From assembly GCA_050258235.1 (NCBI GenBank), contig JBLMYK010000329.1, positions 3,910 to 67,909 of the forward strand: a DNA stretch of 64,000 nucleotides, written 5' to 3'. Under the pieces are notes generated by a model. It saw only the letters and a list, made by a program, of their open reading frames with translations. It had not been told where the DNA came from and searched no databases. The stretch comes from Gemmatimonadota bacterium. Lineage in GTDB: Bacteria > Pseudomonadota > Gammaproteobacteria > Burkholderiales > Burkholderiaceae_F. Of the stretch, positions 42,902 through 52,561 are shown one piece after another. Each line of letters opens with the position of its first letter. Position 1 is the first letter of the stretch. The position numbers were made by a program, and so were the translations under genes.

Positions 42902-45535
42902 TCAGCGCGACGCGCGCCGGGGTGCGCGAGCGGACGACTTCGCGGCCTTGCCGGTGCTTTTCGCGGTCTTCTTTGCCGGCGTCTCGCGGCGCGTCGGCGC
43001 GCCGGCCGCGCGCGTGCGCGCAGCCGGCTTGGGCCGTGCCGTGTACGCCGCGGCGGGTTCGCTCGCGGCTTCGCTCGCCGGCTTGGCGGCGGCGCGCGGC
43101 GCGAATTCGAACCCGATCGTTCCGTCGGGCTTCTTGACCAGCTGCGCGGAGAACTTGCGCCGCGTCCGATTCGACACGAAACCGCGCAGCGGATCGGTCT
43201 TCCCCTCGGCGAGCAGCTTCCTCATCTGCTCGGGTTCGACCGGCTGCTGCAGGATCACCTTGCCGGAGCGGAAATCGCAACTGCGCGCGGGTCCGACGGA
43301 GTTCTCGCACACGTACGCCATCGGCTGCTCGAACACGCGCGCGCGGCACTTCGGACAGGCGCCAAGCGGCGTCAGGCCCTCGAAGCTGACCGGCTCCGCA
43401 TCTTCGCCGGCCGGCGCATTGCCGAAGTCGAACTCGAGCTTGAAGTCCGGCGGCACGAGCTTCAGCACCGCGGAAAACGGCCGCCCGATCTTGCTGCGAA
43501 ATCCCGTCAGCGGCCCGATCTGCTTGTCGCGCAGCAGCTGCTCGACCTCGGGCACCTCGAAGAAGCGGCTGCCCGGATGCTTGCTGATCGAGAACTCGCA
43601 CTTGGTGCATGCATAGCGGCGGTAGTTTTCCTTGACCGTGCCGCCGCAGCGGGGGCACCTGGCCTTCAGCGTCACGTAGTCGCCGGGCACTTCGCCCTTC
43701 TCGGCGCCTTTTCTGATGCGCGCGACGATGTCCTTCGTCATCGCCGCGATTTCCTTCATGAACGCGTCGCGCTTCAGTTTCCCGCGCTCGATCTGCGCCA
43801 GCTTGTATTCCCACTCGCCGGTGAGTTCCGGCGCGTCGAGATCGTCGACACCGAAGCCGCGCAGCGCGCGCAGCAGCTGGAACGCCTTGGCGGTCGGGTG
43901 CAGCTCGCGGCCGTCGCGCACCAGGTATTGCTCGGTGATCAGTCCCTCGATGATCGCCGCGCGCGTGGCCGGCGTGCCGAGCCCCTTGCCCGCCATCGCC
44001 GCGCGCAGTTCCTCGTCGTCGATCAGCTTGCCGGCACCCTCCATCGCCGAGAGCAGCGTGGCCTCGGTGTAGCGCGCCGGCGGCTTGGTCTGCAGCTGGA
44101 CTGCCTCGATCGCCTCGGTCTGCACGCGCTCGTCCGGATCGACCTTCACCAGCGAGGCCTGTTCTTCCTGCGCCTCCTTGCCGTACACCGCGAGCCAGCC
44201 GGGCTCGACCAGCACCTTGCCCTCGGTCTTGAACGGCCGCGACTCGACCGTCGTCACGCGCGTGGTGACGAGGTATTCGGCCGACGGAAAGAAGATCGCC
44301 AGGAAGCGCTTGACCACCAGGTCGTAGATCTTCGTTTCCGCTTCCGTGAGGTGCTTCGGCTCCTGCAGCGTCGGGATGATCGCGAAGTGGTCCGACACCT
44401 TGGCGTTGTCGAAGATGCGCTTGTTCGGCCGCACCCAGTCGTTCTTCTGGATCGCCTTGGCGAACGGCGCATAGGTGCGCGCGCCGGCGATCGCATCGAT
44501 CGTCTTCCTGACGACCTTGACGTAATCCTCGGGCAGCGCACGCGAGTCGGTGCGCGGATACGTGAGTAGCTTGTGCTTCTCGTACAGCGCCTGCGCCAGC
44601 GCCAGCGTGGTCTTGGCGGAAAACCCGAAGCGCCCGTTGGCCTCGCGCTGCAACGACGTGAGGTCGAACAGCAGCGGTGGCGCCTGCGTGCTGGGTTTCG
44701 ATTCCTCGCTGACGGTGCCGCTCTTTCCGCTGCAGGCGGCGACGATTGCTTCGGCCCGCGCCTGGTCCCACAGGCGCTCGGCGCGGCCCTCCGGTTCGTC
44801 GTCCTTCTTCTTGAAGTCCGGATCGAACCAGCGGCCTTCGTACGTACCCGACTGCGCGCGAAAGGTCGCGCGGACCTCCCAGTAGTCGCGCGGCTCGAAC
44901 TGCTGGATCTTTTCCTCGCGCTCGACCACCAATGCCAGCGTCGGCGTCTGCACGCGTCCGACCGTGGTCAGGAAGAAACCGCCGTCGCGGCTGTTGAACG
45001 CGGTCAGTGCGCGCGTGCCATTGATGCCGACCAGCCAGTCGGCTTCGGCGCGCGAGCGTGCCGCCTCCTCCAGGCGATGCATCTGCGCGTCGCTGCGCAG
45101 TTCGTCGAACGCCTCGCGGATCGCCGCCGGCGTCATCGACTGCAGCCACAGGCGCTGGATCGGCTGTCTTGCCTTGGCGTACTGCACGATGTAGCGAAAG
45201 ATCAGCTCGCCTTCGCGGCCGGCGTCGCAGGCGTTGATCAGTTCGCGCACGTCTTTGCGCTTGATCAGGCGGGCCAGCAGCTTGAGCCGGTCCTCGGCCC
45301 TCTTGTCGATCGGCGCGACATCGAACGCGGGCGGAATCATCGGCAGGTGCGCGAAGCTCCACTTGCCGCGCTGGACCTCGACCGGATTCGACAGTTGCAG
45401 CAGGTGGCCGACCGCCGACGACAGCACGTAGTCGTCGGACTCGAAGAAATCCTGGTGCCGCGTGAAGCCGCCCAGCGCGCGCGCGATGTCGGCCGCGACC
45501 GAGGGCTTTTCGGCGATGATCAGTGTCTTGCTCAT
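42902..45535 (-). CDS. topB: DNA topoisomerase III
   Basis: 877 aa with N-terminus MSKTLIIAEKPSVAADIARALGG (Toprim, topo III style). The type IA core is followed by C-terminal Zn-ribbon motifs (CPRCGG, CTKC, CPKC) and a Lys/Ala/Pro-rich tail. Confidence 0.93.
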   Translation of the reverse strand: MSKTLIIAEKPSVAADIARALGGFTRHQDFFESDDYVLSSAVGHLLQLSNPVEVQRGKWSFAHLPMIPPAFDVAPIDKRAEDRLKLLARLIKRKDVRELINACDAGREGELIFRYIVQYAKARQPIQRLWLQSMTPAAIREAFDELRSDAQMHRLEEAARSRAEADWLVGINGTRALTAFNSRDGGFFLTTVGRVQTPTLALVVEREEKIQQFEPRDYWEVRATFRAQSGTYEGRWFDPDFKKKDDEPEGRAERLWDQARAEAIVAACSGKSGTVSEESKPSTQAPPLLFDLTSLQREANGRFGFSAKTTLALAQALYEKHKLLTYPRTDSRALPEDYVKVVRKTIDAIAGARTYAPFAKAIQKNDWVRPNKRIFDNAKVSDHFAIIPTLQEPKHLTEAETKIYDLVVKRFLAIFFPSAEYLVTTRVTTVESRPFKTEGKVLVEPGWLAVYGKEAQEEQASLVKVDPDERVQTEAIEAVQLQTKPPARYTEATLLSAMEGAGKLIDDEELRAAMAGKGLGTPATRAAIIEGLITEQYLVRDGRELHPTAKAFQLLRALRGFGVDDLDAPELTGEWEYKLAQIERGKLKRDAFMKEIAAMTKDIVARIRKGAEKGEVPGDYVTLKARCPRCGGTVKENYRRYACTKCEFSISKHPGSRFFEVPEVEQLLRDKQIGPLTGFRSKIGRPFSAVLKLVPPDFKLEFDFGNAPAGEDAEPVSFEGLTPLGACPKCRARVFEQPMAYVCENSVGPARSCDFRSGKVILQQPVEPEQMRKLLAEGKTDPLRGFVSNRTRRKFSAQLVKKPDGTIGFEFAPRAAAKPASEAASEPAAAYTARPKPAARTRAAGAPTRRETPAKKTAKSTGKAAKSSARAPRRASR

Positions 45536-45544
45536 CGGGTGGAA

Positions 45545-45586
45545 GACGAAAAAGAAACCGCCATCAGCGGCGGTCCTTCTTTTTTC
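45545..45586 (-). terminator. short hairpin with U-tracts on both strands, between smg and topB
   Basis: ACCGCC-ATCAGC-GGCGGT (45557-45574) is flanked by an A-run (45549-45556) and a T-run (45577-45586). On the minus strand the hairpin and TTTCTTTTTCG end about 20 nt before the topB ATG. Confidence 0.3.
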
Positions 45587-45690
45587 AGACTAACACCGAA
45601 CGGCCGATTCCTCGCAAGTCGCCCCGGACGCGATCAACCGCCGATCGGCGCCGTTCGCCCACTGACGAGCATCGGATCGTCCGCCCGGGC

Positions 45691-46149
45691 TCAGCTGACC
45701 AACCGGTCCTCGCCGTCGTCGAGCAGTTCCTCGAGCAGCAGGATGTCGATGTCCGCCTGCTGGCTCCACAGCACCATCAGGACGATCAGTTTCAGTCTCG
45801 TCAGCGGCACCGATGATTCGTCGAGGGCCAGCGCGCGTTCGACGACGATCTCGCGCTGCGCCGGACTCAGCTGGCCGTGCGCCTCGAGAAAGGACAGGAA
45901 GGCAACGGCCTCCGCGCCGAGGCGGGTGATCTCGAATCCGGCAAAAACGCGGAAGGCGCCCGGCGCCGGGTCCCGCAGAACCTGGGATTCCTGCGTGACA
46001 CGCCGCAGCCCCTGCAGCCAGGCGACCGCGTCGGTGATCTCGTCGGCGTCGAAGCCTGCGGCGGCGAGTTTTCTGGTGAGCGCTTCGCCTTCGGGGCAGG
46101 CGTTCAGCGCACCGTAGTTTTCGTACAGGTAGACGAGAACATCGAACAT
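45691..46149 (-). CDS. smg: Smg protein (DUF494)
   Basis: The start is at MFDVLVYLYENY, the characteristic Smg N-terminus. The protein is 152 aa and sits in the conserved position after dprA. Confidence 0.9.
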   Translation of the reverse strand: MFDVLVYLYENYGALNACPEGEALTRKLAAAGFDADEITDAVAWLQGLRRVTQESQVLRDPAPGAFRVFAGFEITRLGAEAVAFLSFLEAHGQLSPAQREIVVERALALDESSVPLTRLKLIVLMVLWSQQADIDILLLEELLDDGEDRLVS

Positions 46150-46203
46150 CGGCGCCGCCACTTTATCTGCTTCGCCGCGCGGACGCAAACATCGCCAAGG
46201 TTG

Positions 46204-47313
46204 TCAACGCAACCTTTGGTAGCGGTTACCGGGCAGGCGCTCAATATCTTGGGCCAGTTCGAGTTCCAGCAATTCGGCGGTCAGGCTGCCCGCATCGCGT
46301 CCGGTACGCGCCGCGAGCGTGTCGAGGTCGACCGGGTCGAACCCCATTGCGGCAAGCAGCGCGCCCGCCGGCGTCGCGGCCGCTGCGCGCGCTGTTGCGC
46401 CGTCCGCGCCGCGCGGAACGATCTTCAGTTCGTCGAGGATGTCGCCCGCGTCCTCGACCAGCTTGGCGCCGTCCTTGATCAGCCGATGGCAGCCCCTGGC
46501 CATCGGCGAATGGATCGATCCCGGCACCGCAAAGACCTCGCGGCCCGCTTCGGCCGCCAGCCGCGCGGTGATCAGCGAGCCGGAGCGCAGCGCGGCCTCG
46601 ACCACGAGCACGCCGCGCGCCAGGCCGGCGATGATGCGATTGCGACGGGGAAAGTTGTGCGCGATGCCCGGGGTGCCGAGCGCGAACTCGGACAGCACGA
46701 CGCCGCGGCTGCGGATCGCCAGCGTCAGCGCCTTGTTCGACGCCGGGTAGACGACGTCCACTCCGGTGCCCACGACCGCGATGGTCGAGGCGTCGGCACC
46801 CTCGTCGGCGGCCAGCAATGCGCCGCGATGCGCCGCCGCGTCGATGCCCAATGCCAGTCCGCTGACGACGGTCAGGCCCGCATGGGCGAGGCGGTGCGCG
46901 AAGGCGGCGGCGGTATCGGTTCCCTGCCGGGTCGCGTTGCGACTGCCGACGATCGCGATCGCCGGCCGATTCAGCAGTTCAAGCCGGCCGATCGCGTAAA
47001 GCAGCGGCGGCGGATCGGCGGTCGCCAGCAGTGCTTGCGGGTAGGCGGCGTCGGCAAGCGTGACGAGCGTGCGCTCGCCGTCGGCGTCCAGCCATGCTTC
47101 GGTCTGCGCGATTGCCTGCGCGATGGAGGGGGCGGCCGATGCGGCGAGTGTCTGCGCGAGCGCCTGCGGCACATGGCGCGCGAGTGCAGCCGCACCGGCT
47201 TCGAAGATCGCGGCCGGCAGGCCGAACGCGCCGAGCAGCGCCCGCGCCGTGCGCGGCCCGATGTCGGGAGTCAGCGACAGCCGCAGCCAGGCTGCGCGCT
47301 CGGAGGAATCCAT
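46204..47313 (-). CDS. dprA: DNA-processing protein A
   Basis: 369 aa with AIVGSRNAT..G, the Rossmann-like DprA core VVSGLALGIDAAAHRGAL, and FPRRNRIIAGL. Confidence 0.93.
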   Translation of the reverse strand: MDSSERAAWLRLSLTPDIGPRTARALLGAFGLPAAIFEAGAAALARHVPQALAQTLAASAAPSIAQAIAQTEAWLDADGERTLVTLADAAYPQALLATADPPPLLYAIGRLELLNRPAIAIVGSRNATRQGTDTAAAFAHRLAHAGLTVVSGLALGIDAAAHRGALLAADEGADASTIAVVGTGVDVVYPASNKALTLAIRSRGVVLSEFALGTPGIAHNFPRRNRIIAGLARGVLVVEAALRSGSLITARLAAEAGREVFAVPGSIHSPMARGCHRLIKDGAKLVEDAGDILDELKIVPRGADGATARAAAATPAGALLAAMGFDPVDLDTLAARTGRDAGSLTAELLELELAQDIERLPGNRYQRLR

Positions 47314-47401
47314 GCGCCGAAAACAAACGCGCCGGCAGCGCCGGCGCGACGGAGAGTGGTTGGGTTATGGACCAGAGTCAGGCGTGCGCGTGGGGCCAGC
47401 G

Positions 47402-48643
47402 TCACTCGCCGGCCGCCTTCTCCGCGACGAGGGGCGTTGCACTGGCGACCGGTACCGCGTCGCCGGAATCGGGATCGACGAAGCGGTCGCCGACCTTCAC
47501 CGGCTTGGTGACGCGCATGATGAGCCCGTACGAGATCGTCTCGGCGACGCGGAACACGAACATCTCCCCGATGCGCTCGTCGGGCAGCTTGATGAACTGT
47601 CGACCGTCGACCGTGCGATCGCGCACCGTCGCGCCCGTATCCAGAAGTGCGAGCACATGCCCGACTTCGAGGCCGTCGCGCGCCCCGCGGTTCAGCGCGA
47701 CGATGCTCTGCGTGCCGGCCTGGTTGACCCCGCCGTAGACGGAGATGATGCGGCCGCTGATCGGACGCTCCGGTGGGTGCGGCACATAGGCGATCAGCGG
47801 CTGCGCCGTGATCGGCACCAGCCGGTCGCCGACGCCGATCTCCTGCTTGCTTTCCTCGATCCGCAGGGTGGTGACCTCGCCACCTTTGGTCACGCTCGCC
47901 ACTCCGAGGTAGAAGGCTTCGTAGGCGATCGGCGTCTTGTGGCTTGCGTCGTCCGGATCGAACAGTGGGCGGGCGGGACGGAAGACGTGGTAGTCACGCA
48001 CCTTGTCGTCGGTGACCCCGCGCGCATACGCGGTGTCGCCGCGCCCGAGGAACACGCGCCCCTCCTGCGTGGCAACGATGCGCGGGTACTTGCTCAGTTC
48101 GTCGGCGGTGACGACCAGCGGCCGGGACAGGAACGGCTCGATCGCCTTGGCCGGGATGCTGGTGATCGCCTTTTTCTCGGCGCCGAGATCGCGCACGCGC
48201 GGAGTCAGTCGCACCACATCGCCCGGCGCGCCTGCCTCGCCCGCCAGCTCCAGCCGTGCTCGTCCGTCGGCTTTCACCAGTCGCAGCTGCTGGCCCGGAT
48301 AGATCAGATGCGGGTTGCGGATCTGCTCCTTGTTCATTCCCCACAGCTCCGGCCAGCGCCAAGGGGAAGTCAGGAAGATGGTCGAGATCCCCCACAGCGT
48401 GTCGCCCGACTTCACGGTATAGGTGTCCGGAGCGCTGGGAGCCAGCGCCGACAACGGCACGCCGGCCTGAGCGACCTGGTCGGCCACGCTGCGCTGCTGT
48501 TCCGTAACCGGCCAGCGCACGCTCGCAGGTTCGACCGCGCGCGCTTGCTGGCTGGCGACCCATGCGACGGCGACGACGAGCGTGCCGCAGATCGCGGCGC
48601 GCATGCGCAGGCGTTGAGTGTCGAGGCTTCGGGACTGGGTCAT
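47402..48643 (-). CDS. LysM-domain peptidoglycan-binding protein
   Basis: It has a signal-like N-terminus and a LysM motif (YTVKSGDTLWGISTIF...NPHLIYPGQQLRL). It occupies the conserved position between dprA and def. Confidence 0.85.
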   Translation of the reverse strand: MTQSRSLDTQRLRMRAAICGTLVVAVAWVASQQARAVEPASVRWPVTEQQRSVADQVAQAGVPLSALAPSAPDTYTVKSGDTLWGISTIFLTSPWRWPELWGMNKEQIRNPHLIYPGQQLRLVKADGRARLELAGEAGAPGDVVRLTPRVRDLGAEKKAITSIPAKAIEPFLSRPLVVTADELSKYPRIVATQEGRVFLGRGDTAYARGVTDDKVRDYHVFRPARPLFDPDDASHKTPIAYEAFYLGVASVTKGGEVTTLRIEESKQEIGVGDRLVPITAQPLIAYVPHPPERPISGRIISVYGGVNQAGTQSIVALNRGARDGLEVGHVLALLDTGATVRDRTVDGRQFIKLPDERIGEMFVFRVAETISYGLIMRVTKPVKVGDRFVDPDSGDAVPVASATPLVAEKAAGE

Positions 48644-48904
48644 GATTCGGGTTCCCCTTCGCGCACCGTCGTCCGGTGCCGACAGCGACGCACACGCGTC
48701 GCGATGGATCGCAACAAGATCACAAGGCGCTTAAAATTCTGCCCCTAATGCCTTGATATCGCAACGGTTATCGGCTGAAGGGATGAGCCGCTTGCGGCGA
48801 AGCCGATCGATTGAGGCGAGATTGAAACGTTTGACCGCTGGTGCGCATTTCCTTCATTGCCCAGCGCGGTCGACAATCGGTCTAATCCATTGAGCGAATT
48901 TTCC

Positions 48905-49414
48905 GTGGCCAAGCTCGACATCCTCGAATACCCCGATCCGCGCCTGAAGAAGGTTGCCCGGCCCGTGTACGTGTTCGACGCGCGGCTGCGGCAACTGGTC
49001 GCCGACATGGCCGAGACGATGTACGCGGCACCGGGCGTCGGTCTGGCGGCCACACAGGTCGACGTGCACGAGCGCGTGATCGTGATCGACGTGTCGGAGA
49101 CCAAGGATCAGTTGCGTGTCTTCATCAATCCCGAGATCCTCTGGGCCGCGGAGGAAACGGCGCTGTGCGAGGAGGGCTGCCTGTCGGTGCCGGGCATCTA
49201 CGAAGAGGTCCGGCGCCCGGCGCGGGTCGGGATCCGGGCGCAGAATGAAAACGGCGAAACCTTCACGCTGGACTGCGACGGCATGCTCGCGGTGTGCATC
49301 CAGCACGAAATGGATCACCTGAGCGGCAAGGTCTTCGTCGAATACCTGTCGCAGCTCAAGCAGGACCGCATCAAATCGAAGCTGAAGAAGCGCAAGGCGC
49401 GCGAAACGGCATAG
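48905..49414 (+). CDS. def: peptide deformylase
   Basis: The in-frame GTG at 48905 gives [16 protein letters not shown], the canonical Def N-terminus. The three Def motifs are [16 protein letters not shown] and QHEMDHL. Confidence 0.93.
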   Translation: MAKLDILEYPDPRLKKVARPVYVFDARLRQLVADMAETMYAAPGVGLAATQVDVHERVIVIDVSETKDQLRVFINPEILWAAEETALCEEGCLSVPGIYEEVRRPARVGIRAQNENGETFTLDCDGMLAVCIQHEMDHLSGKVFVEYLSQLKQDRIKSKLKKRKARETA

Positions 49415-49521
49415 CGCAGCCTCGAACTTCCCGCGCATCGCATCGGCACGAACTGCCGGCGGCGCACCCGTACGTAGACCGCTGCAGGCAAACGCGAACA
49501 GCGCGTCGATAGAATCGGTGC

Positions 49522-50529
49522 ATGCGCATCGTTTTCGCCGGCACCCCGGAGTTTGCGGCCGCGGCACTGGCAGCGATCATCGAGGCCGCGCCGGTCGACA
49601 GCTGGCAGATTCCGCTGGTATTGACGCAGCCGGACCGTCCCGCCGGGCGCGGCATGAAGCTGGCGCCGAGCCCGGTCAAGCGGCTCGCGCTTGCGCATCG
49701 CATCGAGGTTGCGGCGCCGGCGACGCTGAGCCTGAAGAAGGGCGGACCGTCCGCTGCGGCCGCGCACGCGCAACTCGCGGCGGCGGCCGCCGATGTGCTG
49801 GTCGTCGCTGCCTATGGACTGATCCTGCCGCAGGCGGTGCTCGACATTCCGCGCGGCCTGCCGGATGCCGGCGCCGGGCGCATCACCGCGCTGAACATCC
49901 ATGCGTCGCTGCTGCCGCGCTGGCGCGGGGCGGCGCCGATCGCGCGCGCGCTGGAGGCGGGTGACGCCGAAACGGGCATCACGATCATGCAGATGGACGC
50001 CGGCCTCGATACCGGCCCGATGCTGCTGATCGAACGCACGGCGATCGGCAGCACCGACACCGGCGCGACCCTGACGGACCGCCTTGCGCAGCTGGGGGCG
50101 CGGATGATCGTGCGCGCATTGCGCGCGGCAGAACGGGGCGAGTTGCGGGCGCAGCCGCAACCGGCCGGCGGGGTGACCTACGCGCACAAGATCGACAAGC
50201 GCGAAGCGTGGCTCGACTGGTCGCGTCCGGCCGACGAACTGGCGCGCCGCGTGCGGGCGTTCGATCCCTTTCCGGTCGCGTGCGGCGAGGTGCGCGGCAC
50301 GACGCTGAAGGTCTGGCGCGCGCATGCGGAGACCGGCGCGGCCGCGGCGCAACCGGGCAAGGTGCTCGCGGCGGACGCCGCCGGCCTGCGCGTCGCGTGC
50401 GGCGACGGCACGCTCGTGATCACGGAAATGCAGCGACCGGGAGGCCGGCGGCTGGGCGCGGCCAAGTTTCTCGCCGGATTTGCCCTGGCGGCCGGCGACC
50501 TGTTCGGCGCTGCGCCGCCGACGCAATGA
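49522..50529 (+). CDS. fmt: methionyl-tRNA formyltransferase
   Basis: It begins [13 protein letters not shown] and contains [16 protein letters not shown]. The protein is 335 aa. Confidence 0.95.
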   Translation: MRIVFAGTPEFAAAALAAIIEAAPVDSWQIPLVLTQPDRPAGRGMKLAPSPVKRLALAHRIEVAAPATLSLKKGGPSAAAAHAQLAAAAADVLVVAAYGLILPQAVLDIPRGLPDAGAGRITALNIHASLLPRWRGAAPIARALEAGDAETGITIMQMDAGLDTGPMLLIERTAIGSTDTGATLTDRLAQLGARMIVRALRAAERGELRAQPQPAGGVTYAHKIDKREAWLDWSRPADELARRVRAFDPFPVACGEVRGTTLKVWRAHAETGAAAAQPGKVLAADAAGLRVACGDGTLVITEMQRPGGRRLGAAKFLAGFALAAGDLFGAAPPTQ

Positions 50530-51872
50530 ACAGCGATGCGAACGCGCCGCCGCTGGCCGATGTGTTGCGCGTGGCCGCGGCGGCATGGGCGCGATTTCGC
50601 GCCGGCACCTCGCTGGATCGGGCGCTCGAACAGGCGCTGGCGTCCAAGGCACCGACGCCGCATCCTCGCCTGGCTGCGGCCGCGAAGGACGTCGTCTACA
50701 CGGCCACGCGCAACCTTGCGCTGATCGACGCGGCGATCGATCACCTCGCCACGCGCACCCCGGACGCAGCGGTCGCCGGGCTGGCCGCGGTTTCCCTCGC
50801 ACAGCTGCTGACGCAGCGCCACGCCGACTACGCGGTGGTCGATCAGGCCGTGCGCGCGGCGAAAGCCGATGCGGCCACGCGTATGGCGAGCGGTTTCATC
50901 AATGCCTTGCTGCGGCGCTGGCTGCGCGAGTGCGATGCGCTCAGACCGGAGCTGGAGCGCGACGAGGTCGTGCGTTTCAATGCGCCGCGGTGGTGGATCG
51001 ATCGCGTGCGCGCTGTGCATCCGCAGCGTGCCGATGCGATTTTCGATCTGCAGCGACGGCCGCCGCCGCTGGTGCTGCGGGTCAACCGCCGCCGGACCGC
51101 GGTTGCCGCGTATCTCGAGCGGCTGCAGCGCATGGGCATCTCCGCGGTGCAGGTCGGTCCGCATGCGGTCCGCCTGCATGCGCCGCGGCCGGTCGAGGCG
51201 ATTCCCGGCTTCGGCGATGGCGACGTGTCGGTGCAGGACGCAGGGGCGCAGCTGGCCGCGGATTGGCTCGGGGTGTGCGACGGCATGCGCGTGCTCGACG
51301 CCTGCGCGGCGCCGGGTGGCAAGACCGCGCAACTGGCGGAAATCGCCGACCTCGATCTCGATGCGGTCGAAATCGACCCCGGGCGCGCGGCTCGCATCGA
51401 ATCCAATCTGGAGCGCACCTCGGCGCGCGCGCACGCCCGCATTCGCGTGATCGTCGCCGACGCGTGCATGCCGCGGACGTTTGCTCCGCTGCTGGGATAT
51501 CACCGCATCCTTATCGACGCTCCCTGCACCGCCTCCGGCATCGTTCGGCGTCACCCTGACATTCCCTGGCTACGCCGGCCGGCTGATGTTGCGCAATTAG
51601 CAACGCTGCAGGCGCGTTTGGCCGACGCTTTATGGCCGCTGCTGCTGCCCGCTGGTAGATTGCTTTACGTCGTCTGCTCGCTGTTTCCAGAGGAAGGCGT
51701 GCGCCAGGCCGAGCGGTTTGCTGCCCGCTGGCCGGACGCGCGCGCAGTGCCGCTGACCGCGGGCACGCAAGCGTTCGTGCAGTTGCTGCCTGGCGAAATC
51801 GCGCCAGCCCATGGCGGCGAACTGCCGACCGTGCATGACGGTTTTTTCTTCGCGCTGTTCGAAAAGAGCTGA
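50526..51872 (+). CDS. rsmB: 16S rRNA (cytosine967-C5)-methyltransferase
   Basis: ATG 50526 overlaps the fmt stop (ATGA). A NusB-like N-terminal half is followed by [10 protein letters not shown] and DAPCTASG motifs. Confidence 0.93.
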   Translation: MNSDANAPPLADVLRVAAAAWARFRAGTSLDRALEQALASKAPTPHPRLAAAAKDVVYTATRNLALIDAAIDHLATRTPDAAVAGLAAVSLAQLLTQRHADYAVVDQAVRAAKADAATRMASGFINALLRRWLRECDALRPELERDEVVRFNAPRWWIDRVRAVHPQRADAIFDLQRRPPPLVLRVNRRRTAVAAYLERLQRMGISAVQVGPHAVRLHAPRPVEAIPGFGDGDVSVQDAGAQLAADWLGVCDGMRVLDACAAPGGKTAQLAEIADLDLDAVEIDPGRAARIESNLERTSARAHARIRVIVADACMPRTFAPLLGYHRILIDAPCTASGIVRRHPDIPWLRRPADVAQLATLQARLADALWPLLLPAGRLLYVVCSLFPEEGVRQAERFAARWPDARAVPLTAGTQAFVQLLPGEIAPAHGGELPTVHDGFFFALFEKS

Positions 51873-51880
51873 TACCCAGG

Positions 51881-52519
51881 ATGATCCGCGCGGCCTGTCG
51901 TATGGAGGACTGCGCCGCGGCGACGCGGATCGCGGCAGCGTGCCGCTTCGCGCGCGGCATCGCCCTGGCGGCAGCCGTCGCGCTCGCCGCATGGGCCGCA
52001 CCCGGCTCCGCTTCGGACCGGATCGTCGTCACCAGTGCCGAACTGCAGGCGAGCCCGGACGCGGACGGCGGCGTGGTGCTCAACGCGCAGTTCGATTTCG
52101 ATCTGCCCCCGGTGCTCGAAGACGCGGTGAATCGCGGCATTGCGCTGTACTTCGTGATCGATTTCGAGCTGTACCGCGAGCGCTGGTACTGGTTCGACCG
52201 CAAGCTGGCGTCCGAATCGCTGACTTACCGGCTCACCTATAGTCCGCTGACGCGCCAGTATCGGCTCGCGCGCGACGCGCTGGCGCAGCCGTTCGACACG
52301 CTGGCGGAGGCGCTGGGGACATTGCGCCGCGTACGAAACTGGAAGGTGCTCGAGCGCGGAACGATCAAGCCGGACGAGGACTACCGCGCCCAGGTGCGGA
52401 TGCGCCTCGATACCTCCCAGCTGCCGCGGCCGTTCCAGATCAATGCCCTGACCCAGCGCGACTGGACGTTGGCGTCGGATTGGCGCAATGTCCCTGTCAG
52501 CGCGGACCTGGGGCGCTAG
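51881..52519 (+). CDS. DUF4390-family protein
   Basis: 212 aa with a signal-like N-terminus. It contains YFVIDFELYRERWYWFD and occupies the conserved position between rsmB and the sensor kinase. Confidence 0.8.
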   Translation: MIRAACRMEDCAAATRIAAACRFARGIALAAAVALAAWAAPGSASDRIVVTSAELQASPDADGGVVLNAQFDFDLPPVLEDAVNRGIALYFVIDFELYRERWYWFDRKLASESLTYRLTYSPLTRQYRLARDALAQPFDTLAEALGTLRRVRNWKVLERGTIKPDEDYRAQVRMRLDTSQLPRPFQINALTQRDWTLASDWRNVPVSADLGR

Positions 52520-52561
52520 CCCGGGCCGCGCATTGCCATTTCTGCACGACCAAACCGAGAC

